This document shows, in pieces, positions 52,720 to 64,000 of a stretch of 64,000 nucleotides of DNA (the stretch's first letter is position 1; each line of letters opens with the position of its first letter). The notes under the pieces are model-generated. The model was not told the DNA's origin. It worked only from the letters and a program-made list of their open reading frames with translations, and ran no database searches. The stretch spans positions 7,874,001-7,938,000 of the forward strand of contig OX597815.1 in NCBI GenBank assembly GCA_951406725.2, given 5' to 3'. The translations under genes were made by a program, and so were the position numbers. Source of the DNA: Octopus vulgaris (lineage: Eukaryota).

Positions 52720-52955
52720 GAAGCGCTCGCACAGCGGACGTGCTTCACGACATTTCGTCAGTGTTTTGCTTTTTTGAATTCAAATTCCGCCAAGGTCAGT
52801 TTCGTTTTTCATCATTTTGGAGTCAGTCAATGAAAGAAATACCAGTTGAACTAGGGATCTAGGGATCATATACAGAGACCACATCCTCAGATACCATTAG
52901 TAATCGACTTAAATCCTCCTCCTCCGAAATTGCTTTTCTCGTGCCAAAATTTGAA
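52720..52955 (+). mobile_element. Old decayed SINE B-like copy
   Basis: GAATTCAAATTCCGCCAAGGTC...TTTCATC...ACCAGTTGAA...GTGCCAAAATTTGAA. Confidence 0.6.
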
Positions 52956-53024
52956 GTGAATTTGATTAACAATAACAGCCGAGACTTGAGCGTTAGAATT
53001 ATCGCGGACTGAGCGCATCAATTT

Positions 53025-53055
53025 CTACACACACACGCACACGCACACACACGCA

Positions 53056-53086
<31 letters not shown>

Positions 53087-53185
53087 CACTATATATGCAT
53101 ATATGTGTATATATATATATATATTATATATACATATATATATATGTTTATATATATATATATATATGTTATATATATATATATG

Positions 53186-53250
<65 letters not shown>

Positions 53251-53515
53251 TGTATATATATCTGTGTGTGTACACATGCATATTCTATACACATGTACAT
53301 ATATAATAAGCATATATATATGTTTGAATAAAATATGTAATATATATTAAATATGTAATACGTTTATGTATATATACATATATATATATATATACATACA
53401 TATACATACATACATACATACATACATACATGCATGCATACATACATACATACATACATGCATACACATAGATAGACATACAAACACACACACACACACG
53501 CATGTGCGTGTATAT
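53025..53515. repeat. CA/TA/TG/TACA microsatellite field
   Basis: Direct reading. Confidence 0.9.
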
Positions 53516-54253
53516 GCAAATGGCTGTTTATCTTAAATCAGAATATTTGATGTGTGTTTATTCATATTTTTGTTGAAATTGATGCACCATAACCGCATCA
53601 ATAACAGCAACAACTGCAGGGCAACTGCAACTACAACAACTAAAAACGTATAAGAAGCTGTTAAGATCTAAGAAACCCAAAGGAACTAATAGTGATAAGA
53701 TTTTATATCGTAGCCCACACATCCTTCCATACACAGCCATACAATCACATATACAAATCATAGACGTACGTATATACATGTAGATCTTACCATCCGCTAA
53801 ATAAATAAAGAAATACGGAACTTCAAAAGAACAACGACGCTGAATATATCACAGGGTGTCCACCAGATGGCGTTGATAACAGTGAAGACATTTATGATTT
53901 TCTGTCTTCTTTCGATTTTTGTTTGTTTTCTTTTACAAGAATTTCTGTGAAAATGGCTTTTAAAAATATTGTAAGAAAATATAATCTAAAAAACAAGATG
54001 TCTGTTAGAAATGTCACAAAGTTCCACCAATCAGAAACGGAGAAAAATTCCTGGAATGTCTCAAACTTCAAAAGACTTATATATTAAGAAAAACAAAATT
54101 TCTGCGAATATTCTAGTTGCTTCTTGTACTTTAACCTTTATTTTCTGATTTAGTGTGTTTCTTTCTATTGATTTCAGCATTTTATATATGTATGTGTGCG
54201 TGCGTACATGTATGCTGTGAGGTGTTTACACGTTTGCAAAATGGTTCATATGT

Positions 54254-54256
<3 letters not shown>

Positions 54257-54318
<62 letters not shown>

Positions 54319-54331
54319 TCTATGTCTTTAA

Positions 54332-54383
<52 letters not shown>

Positions 54384-54385
54384 TA

Positions 54386-54438
<53 letters not shown>

Positions 54439-54590
54439 GATATATATAGATATAGATATAGATATATATATATATAGATAGATAGATATATATAGATATA
54501 GATATATATATATATATAGATAGATAGATATATACATATATTTATTTATATATATATATGTATGTATAATATATATACACATACACACGC
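54257..54590. repeat. (TC)n(TA)n(TAGA)n microsatellite
   Basis: Direct reading. Confidence 0.94.
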
Positions 54591-55289
54591 ATATGGATGT
54601 AGATGTGAGTACTTGCGTCTATTTGTTTGTACATCGAAACGTGGTGTATGTTTGTGGCCATTTACCTGTGTATGTGCACGCACTTGTCTACTTGTGTGAG
54701 AGTCTAATATGTGTGTGAGTGTGTGTGTATGAGAGAGAGTGTGTGGGGAGAATTGTATGTTTGCGAAGTGCTGGTTTCTATAGAGTGTAAAGATTCGCAG
54801 AGATATAAAAGTAATCCTGTTATGATAGTTCGTGTGTGAGTTCTTGGACATCTGAATAAAAAGCAATGTTCGTAATTACGTGCCAAGCTTTCGATTCCTA
54901 CTTTAGCTTATCCGTGTAGATGCCATTTTTCAGTGGTCAGTTATAGTGGTGAAGTGGCTTCTGTCAGACTGACCTGTCTTCAATATACTATTTCAAAAGA
55001 AAACCTTTGCTATTGATCCAACGTCTCTCATCTTAGGCTTGCCATATTCAGTTATCTATAATCATGTGGTGATCGATCTGTGGTATCGGCGTCGGTAGCT
55101 GTGGAGAGGGCGATGTTGGAGATTGTTGTGCAGATGATGGTGGTGGTGTGGTGGTGTGGTAGGTGGATATGGTTATTCTTACGGTAGGGATATTCATGGT
55201 TGGTACTGTGGTGTTCCATCGAGTTGCAACGAGTATATCTTAATGGTATCTGAGGATGTGGTCTCTGTATATGATCCATAGATCATATA

Positions 55290-55472
<183 letters not shown>

Positions 55473-55504
55473 ATTTAGATACGGTATTAGATACAATTTC
55501 AAAG

Positions 55505-55732
55505 ATACTCTTTACTCTTTATGTTTCAGTCAATATGACTGCGGCCATGCTGGAGCACCGCCTTTAGTCGAGCAAATCGACCCCCGGGACTTATTATTTG
55601 TAAGCCCAGTACTTATTCTATTGGTCTCTTTTGCCGAACCGCTAAGTGACGGGGACGTAAACACACCAGCATCAGTTGTCAAGCAATGCTAGAGGGACAA
55701 ACACAGACACACAAACACATACACACACATGC

Positions 55733-55782
<50 letters not shown>

Positions 55783-55786
55783 CTTT

Positions 55787-55819
<33 letters not shown>

Positions 55820-55892
55820 CTTATATAGTGGATGAACCCGGAACTATGTGGTTGGTTAGCAAGCTACTTACCACACAGCCACTCCTGCGCCT
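55505..55892 (-). mobile_element. SINE family A with its central part replaced by (TA)n
   Basis: Tail at 55505-55730, head at 55833-55892. Confidence 0.87.
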
Positions 55893-56137
55893 ATATATAT
55901 ATATAGACAGATAATATACACACACAAATCAAAATAAGCTTATTTTGATTTGTGTGTATATATATATATATATTCGAGGATGATCCGGTTCTTGACTGAA
56001 GATAAGAGGCTTCGAATGACCCCTCCGTGTTTTTTGTATCGTTTATCTGGATGCTTTGTTGTCCCTTTTTGTATCACCTAGTTATCCGGATGTTTTGCGT
56101 TCTTGTCGCATTTTGTATTTTATGTTATATATATATG

Positions 56138-56530
56138 GAGTGGCTGTGTGGTAAGTAGCTTGTTTACCAACCACATGGTTCCGGGTTCAGTCCCACTGCG
56201 TGGCATCTTGGGTTAGTGTCTTCTACTATAACTTCGGGCCGACCAAAGCCTTGTGAGTGGATTTGGTGGACGGAAACTGAAAGAAGCCTGTTGTATATAT
56301 GTATATATATATATATGCGTGTATGTGTTTGTGTGTCTGTGTTTGTCCCCCTAGCTTTGCTTGACAACCGATGCTGGTGTGTTTATGTCCCCGTTACTTA
56401 GCGGTTCGACAAAAGAGACCGATAGAATAAGTACTGGGCTTACAAAGAATAAGTCCCGGGGTCGATTTACTCGACTAAAGGCGGTGCTCCAGCATGGCCG
56501 CAGTCAAATGACTGAAACAAGTAAAAAAGA
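56138..56530 (+). mobile_element. SINE family A, near full length
   Basis: Matches 2349-2780. Confidence 0.92.
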
Positions 56531-56611
56531 TTATATATATATATATTAATTTGTTATGATATATATAAATAATAACGGCGTACATACACTTTGTTCTGTT
56601 ATATATATACA

Positions 56612-57105
56612 CGCGGGTAAGGCAGGTAAATTCATAGGCTGACTATGAAGGTGTGATGCTAAACCTGTGAAATCTTTCACGCATTAATTGCAACACTTCT
56701 TATTAATAACTGCATTGTTTCTTTCCAGGTAAACGGATATCTGATTGTTTAAAGAAGACTCCAAATGTAAATACTAGCGATTCCTCTTGTAAACGGACAA
56801 AATTTGGCATTGTGGCGTTATCCAATACCTGCAGAAAAAGGGTTTGACCTACAAGGATAATTGTGCTGATATGGTTACTACAGTGCAAAAGTGGACAGCT
56901 GAATTCAGGAGGGAAAGGGTGAGTCTTAACGATGACCCAAGGTTTGGGCGCCCTGAGAATGTCACCATCAAAGAAAACATTGGTCGTGTTCACCACATGG
57001 TGAGAGATTACAGGTGATTGGCTATAAAACAAAAACAAAAAAAAAAAATGTTATTAGGTTATCCCGTGAGAGAGTTGAGAATATTCTGCACAATGAACTT
57101 GGTAT
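56612..57105 (+). pseudogene. Mariner transposon 5' relic (transposase N-terminal HTH region)
   Basis: GVIQYLQKKGLT...TVQKWTAEFRRERVSLNDDPRFGRP...LSRERVENILHNELG, with stop and deletions. Confidence 0.85.
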
Positions 57106-57108
57106 ATT

Positions 57109-57576
57109 TAAGAAGTTACATTTGGAAAGAGATTTAGCTGCTAGTTTTAGCAGTTTGAATGATCCTATGAAGATCAGTCAACAAAGAACTGACTGCGCGG
57201 TTGTTCAAGCTGCTAGAAATAACAACCAAAGCCATCACTTACCATGGCTTAGGAAACATTCAAGGAAACCACCTCGATCTGCTTGAAAGAATTCCAGATA
57301 TCCCCGTAATGTGATCAGCCGCATGTGCCTTTGATCTGGTGTTAGAAGACGTGATACCAATTGAGCCATTCCAACCATAACAATCCCGTCATTGCCCGTG
57401 CGTAATTCGTCCAAAAATCATCTCCTAAGACAGTTGCAAGAAATTTGTGAGAGATTTGGTTGTTGCTTCTAGCAGTTAGAACGACCTCCCAGGCATTTCT
57501 TTGTGGACTGGTCTCGACGAGATCGCTCAAACTGCTTAAACTAGCGACTAAATCTCTTTCCAAATGTAACTTCTTA
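57109..57576. repeat. Inverted repeat, arms about 120 bp, spacer about 225 bp
   Basis: TAAGAAGTTACATTTGGAAAGAGATTTAG is the exact reverse complement of CTAAATCTCTTTCCAAATGTAACTTCTTA; inner arms are diverged. Confidence 0.85.
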
Positions 57577-57884
57577 TAAGTAAATAAATATACTGATTAA
57601 CCCACTCCTGGATATGAACTAGACAAATCGTCTGATATAGTCAGATAGAAATTCCACCGAACAGTAATGATTAGTGCTTATATCAAGTCATGTCTACAAT
57701 CACATCTATTTCACAAGGTGTAGATTTATCTTGCATCTCAATAAAATAGAGTTCACAGAAGTCACATTTGCAGACGAATGTGTCTTAGTTAAGTGACGCA
57801 AGATTATCTTGTTAATACGGACAGCTGTTTACAAATAATATCACTACTGATTACATACATACACACATACATACATATATACAT

Positions 57885-57934
<50 letters not shown>

Positions 57935-58374
57935 CTAGGTGTAGCTAGCATTTCGTTTGATATATACTAGTCTTTATCGCATATCGTATATCTTATAACA
58001 AGTGTTGTAACCACAGCTGTCACTCGCAAGCATCGACTTTTATTTTTCGCTAAATCAAGCTGAGAGCTGACCCACCTTGATTCTCCTACCCTTAACTCAG
58101 CGGAGCATTGGGGAAATGACAACCGGTTGTGTGTGTGTGTGTGTGTGTGCGCGCGCGCGTCCGTGCGCGCACTGGGAGGGAGAGGAGAGGAAGGGAGGAA
58201 GGGAAGAGAGACAAAATATTGCGCCAGCACTTTCTTTTTGGGGCTGGCACTCATTTTCAGATATAGTGAACTAGAGGAAAGTGAATCGAAGTGTCTTTGT
58301 TCAAGTTTACTACATGCTATCTAAACCAGGAAACGAACTCACGACTTTATTATCATGAACTTAACATCCTAATC

Positions 58375-59270
58375 ACCATGACAACTATACCAGTCACCAC
58401 AAGACAATTTTTACCTTTGTGCTCTGCAGTCTCTTCATTTCTCCGGATATTTTCTGATATTTCTAAATGTTCATTTTTTTTTTCTTGATATTTTCTCTAC
58501 TATAATATAGGAGGGCAAAGTCAATGATCGTATATAGTCTATCCTTTTTTCTCTGTGATCGTATGTGGTCTCCTCGCTTCAATGATATGATCAGTCTCTA
58601 TGGAGAAATCTCCTAGAATCTCGTAATTATCATTTACGAGTATAGCTTCTACCTGTTTTCATACCACTTCCCCGTTATTCCGAATCTACAAACCCCGCTA
58701 GCATCCCAATGCACTCTTTTACGTTTATACCCTTTTGTGCCTCTACTGCACTCGAATAAATGATGGTTAACACTTTCCCTCCTCTTTTCCACACATTCTG
58801 CGTTTGCTGTCTGGCTTTCATCAACCATTGCCTTTATCTAATTCGTTCTCAAGACTTGTTTCTGAGCGGCTATAACCATTTGTTAGCTATAATCGTCGTT
58901 CTTCACTTTCCATGTCCTCGATTTGTTACATGAATTGATCGTGGTGTTCTATGTCTTTCCAGCTATTTGTTCTACCACGATTCTTTCTAATATTTTAATC
59001 TTTCATTGCTTCACTGACTTCTATATTTCTAGCCGCAGCTAATTGTTTTACTTCTCTATGCACAACGCAATTTTTCAAACGCAAAATCGCAGTATTAATA
59101 GTGCCTCCTGTATTTAACAATCTCGGTCTTCTTCTCTTCTTGGTAAATAGAGCTCATTGCCATTACTTTTAGGATGGTGTGTTGTGTGCATTGTTTGTTA
59201 CTTCTTAGTTCTTTTACACAATTCTTGTAGCTCTATCAGTTAATGATCACTTAATGTATATTAAACCCCG
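58375..59270 (-). pseudogene. Heavily decayed Dong/R4-clade LINE fragment (thumb to RLE)
   Basis: Across frameshifts: HPKS...LYLPR, IAAQKQVLRTN, RMCGK..ESVNH...EC, HW, KWYE, DFSIETDHIIEARRP, IIDFA. Confidence 0.72.
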
Positions 59271-59526
59271 GTAGTGTTCAGACCAGGGGCTTAAACTTTG
59301 TAGACGAGTATATATAATCGGAATTCAATCGGATAATATTGAATGCCTGATATGTAATCAGGGCGATAAAAGCATCATTCATCAACGAAAGTTGTTGGGG
59401 TTTCTGTGCTCTCTTGTTAATGAAGGACTTCAAATCACACTGTAAAGATGGATTAAACTGCTCCAAGAGACATCGACAGTCACAAGAAAAAAAGGCCTCT
59501 TTAAGATATCGATTTCAGGTTTAAAT

Positions 59527-59747
59527 GATTCTTTTATTCTTTTATTCTTTCACTTGTTTCAGTCATTTTGACTGCGGCAATGCTGGAGCAGCGCCGTTAG
59601 TCGAACAAATCTACCCCAGGACTTACTTTTTGTAAGCCTAGCGCTTATTCTATCGGTCACTTTTGCCGAACCACTAAATTACGGGGAAGTTAATACACCA
59701 ACATCGGTTGTTAAGCGATGGAGCGGGGCCAAACACAGACACACAAA

Positions 59748-59750
<3 letters not shown>
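59527..59750 (-). mobile_element. SINE family A 3' half
   Basis: CTTGTTTCAGTCATTTTGACTGCGGC...TATTCTATCGGTC. Confidence 0.82.
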
Positions 59751-59825
<75 letters not shown>

Positions 59826-59864
59826 CACACATATATATATATATATGTGTATATATAAGACTCA

Positions 59865-60335
59865 AATTGAAAAAGAGTTGGCAGAGTATTTGCCAACTAT
59901 TAAATTCATCTCCAGTGAGGTCAAGTATGCAACGGTGTGGTTGCTATTTGACACCCCTGAAGAGGCTCGCAAATCTACGAGCCAGCCCTTAGAGGGCAGA
60001 GATTTTGTTTCTTACCACGTATGATGGGAAGAAGTTGACAAGAGCTTGGGTCAGCGCGTTGTCACCCAGGATAGAACCCGAGTGGATAGAAGACACTATC
60101 CGCCGGGGTCTGGGTGGCAGCTGCTTAATGTTAAAATTTGCCAGCGACTGATTGGGTTGGGTCAAAAGCTGTTTGACCCTGTGGACCCAATCAGCCAAGA
60201 ATCTGGTTTTTCCAGATTTTTTTAAAATGGCGGTTGCAGATACCCGGTGATACTTGAAGGACGTCCCCACAAGTGTCACCTGCGCCTGAAACCGGGCCAC
60301 ATTAAAAATAACTGACCCCAGGACCAGAGTAGGAA
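59865..60335 (+). pseudogene. Decayed L1/Tx1-like ORF1 (gag-like) fragment with broken CCHC zinc knuckle
   Basis: From 60241: YPVILEGRPHK-CHLRLKPGHIKNN*P, i.e. CX2(C>R)X4HX4(C>stop). Confidence 0.6.
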
Positions 60336-60734
60336 ACTCCCTCGTGAACTCGTGATCATTTCTGGTAGTGAAGTTTATAATCTGGCGGAAAGAATTGGAA
60401 ATGCCACACAAGATCGAATCAAAAAATTTTCGAGTTGGTTGCCCTCCATTTTCACGATCCTCGTAAACGTATTGTAAATGGAATCAACACAATATCCCTT
60501 GGATAAGTGCAGCATCTGTTTCATCTCTAGCACAACCCCACACACACCGGAAAAAAAGGAGTTGGCTCCTGAATGTAAATTCAGCAGGGAAGTATTCGCA
60601 CCGCTACTCAGAATTTGCAAGCAGTCATGAATGAAATCTTAATATATTACGGTTTTTCTTTTAATATTTTGTGAGCAATTGTTATATAATGAACCAACAA
60701 GAACCTTTTGTTTCAATAATATTTTCCGATCAAA

Positions 60735-61375
60735 AGGTGGTGAGCTGGCAGAATTGTCAGTACTCTAGACCAAATGCTTAGCGGCATAGTCGCAGGAGTG
60801 GCTGTGTGGTAAGTAGCTTGCTAACCAGCCACATGGTTCCGGGTTCAGTCCCACTGCGTGGCATCTTGGGCAAGTGTCTTCTGCTATAGCCCCGGGCCGA
60901 CCAATGCCTTGTGAGTGGATTTGGTAGACGGAAACAGAAAGAAGCCTGTCGTATATATGCATGTATATATATGTGTGTGTGTGTGTGTTAGTGTGTATGT
61001 GTTTGTCCCCCTAGCATTGCTTGACAACCTATGCTGGTGTGTTTACGTCCCCGTCACTTAGCGGTTCGGCAAAAGAAACCGATAAGATAAGTACTGGGCT
61101 TACAAAGAATAAGTCCCGGGGTCGATTTGCTCGACTAAAGGCGGTGCTCCAGCATGGCCGCAGTCAAATGACTGAAACAAGTAAAAGAGTAAAAGAGTAA
61201 GAGTAAAAGAGTATACGTCCATCTTTACGTTCTAGGTTCAAATTCCGCCGAAGTCGACTTTGCCTCTCATCCTCTGGGATCGATAAAATTAGTACCAGCC
61301 GAAAACTGTGGTCGATGTAATTGACTTAGCCCCCCTCCCACAAATTTGCTGTTCTCGTGCTAAAATTTGAAACCC
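60735..61375 (+). mobile_element. Old SINE B copy split by a young SINE A (60791-61212)
   Basis: B head GGTGAGCTGGCAGAATTG...ATGCTTAGCGGCAT, full A copy, then B resumes at CTTTACGTTCTAGGTTCAAATTCCGCCG. Confidence 0.88.
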
Positions 61376-61908
61376 AGTATTATCCGATCAAAGCATGTTT
61401 AGATACTCAATTATTTCCACATAATCTCTCTCTCTCATTGTCTGCGTTCTTCATCATCGTCCGAAAGTCGGAAACGACTAACTCGGATTAAGGATTTGAG
61501 AATGTTAATCTTCCAACAATATACATATTCATCCATTCATTCATGCATACATACATACATACATACATACATACATACATACATACATACATAGATACAT
61601 ACATACATACATACATACATATATTAGCAATCTGTATATTATACATAACGTGTATATACCGTTGAAAGCTTTCTTAACTGCGGTATTCGTCTCGAGAAAG
61701 CATCTTTTATAGATGGAAAATGTTAACAAACACAGCCACATAGCAACAAGCAGGCGAAAATCATCCGGTAGCGACAGTGGCATTGGTAAATCGAGACAAA
61801 TGTCACATTTTAAAAGGCTTTAAACCGTATCTATGCTTTCAGTATGATATACATATTCTAATTTGAACTAACACTTCTTTCGCCGTTAACAACACACACA
61901 CACAAACA

Positions 61909-61970
<62 letters not shown>

Positions 61971-62157
61971 AACACACACACATTGTTCTTATAATTAAAG
62001 TTGGAATTTTAATTAATAAATTTCTTTGCCTAACTACATCAAGTGTGCTAGCACACAATTTATTATTAAGTTTTCTTGCAGTAGGCGCCACTGAGTAATT
62101 TTTCTCCCAGAACTTTAAAAATCTATAACAATGAGACTGGATATGGGTGTGTATGCT

Positions 62158-62710
<553 letters not shown>

Positions 62711-63086
62711 CTGTATGCATGTATTTGCGTTTATACTGTGTATTTCTACTAGTAGTATCACTGTTATATCACCGCCATCAAAAACACCACCACCACCACC
62801 ACCACCAATACTTCTGACACCACTATCAGCACCACCTAATCCATCATTCAATTACACCCACAACTACCACTACCACCACCACCGTCATCGTCATCACTGC
62901 TACAACCACTGCCACCGCCGCTACCATGGTACCATTAATCTTAATAATATTCCACTTGTGCACTGTGATCGGTCGGCGTCAGTGATAAGATCATCTGAAG
63001 AATCTTTGATTTCATTTGGAACTGAAAGCGAAACGTTTATCCATCATCATGCAGGGAACTACCACCGACACCACAGAAACGCTCAG

Positions 63087-63118
<32 letters not shown>

Positions 63119-63128
63119 GCTGCTGCTG

Positions 63129-63195
<67 letters not shown>

Positions 63196-63263
63196 CACCA
63201 CACCACACCACTACTACTACCACCAACACCACCACCACCACCACCACTACTACTACTACTACC

Positions 63264-63295
<32 letters not shown>

Positions 63296-64000
63296 CACTA
63301 CCACCACCACCACCACCACCACCACCACTACTACTACTACTATTACTACTACCACCACCACCACTACTACCACCACCACCACCACCACCACTACTACTAC
63401 CACCACCACCACTACTACCACCACCACTACCACTACACCACCACCACCACCACTACTACTACTACTACCACCACCACCACTACTACTACCACCACCACCA
63501 CTACTACCACCACCACCACTACCACCACTACTACCACCACCACCACCACCACCACCACTACTACCACCACCACCACTACTACCACCACCACCACCACCAC
63601 CACCACCACCACCACCACCACTACTACCACCACCACCACCACCACTACTACTACTATTACTACTACCACCACCACCACTACTACCACCACCACCACCACC
63701 ACCACTACTACTACCACCACCACCACTACTACCACCACCACCACCACCACCACTACTACCACCACCACCGCCCACTACTACTACTACTACTACTGCTACT
63801 ACTACCACCACCACCAACACCACTACTACTACTACTGTTACTACTACTACTACTACTACTACTATCAAACACAGAACTACCACTAGTACTATAGCATAGA
63901 ACTATCACCACACCAACACTATTAGACACAGAATTACTACTACTACGACTATTACTGCTACTAGCACCAGCACCAGCACTAAAATCACAACCACCACCAC
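63087..64000. repeat. (CTA)n/(CCA)n trinucleotide microsatellite
   Basis: Direct reading; source of the poly-P/T/H/Y ORFs. Confidence 0.96.

Overview
AT-rich eukaryotic non-coding DNA (intron or gene desert). The repeat families and the extreme load of TA/TATG/TCTA/CA microsatellites suggest an Octopus (coleoid cephalopod) genome; this is inference from recalled repeat sequences, not a database result. I find no host protein-coding exon, rRNA, genuine tRNA or CRISPR array. Nearly all ORFs in the supplied track are microsatellite or SINE read-throughs. The window is a mosaic of: four tRNA-headed SINE families (here A, B, C, F); non-autonomous Helitrons; Tc1/mariner relics and MITEs; decayed LINE fragments (Dong/R4, RTE, CR1-like, an L1/Tx1-like ORF1); and small elements inserted in TA/TAA repeats that carry hammerhead-ribozyme (HHR) motifs. 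The most notable item is at 13975-14412: a 352-bp unit with 86-bp terminal redundancy whose minus strand folds into a long rod capped by a type I hammerhead. It looks like a retrozyme (a genomic copy of a small self-cleaving circular RNA) and sits in the (TAA)n tail of a Dong/R4 LINE. Coordinates were read by eye, and ends of decayed elements are approximate.
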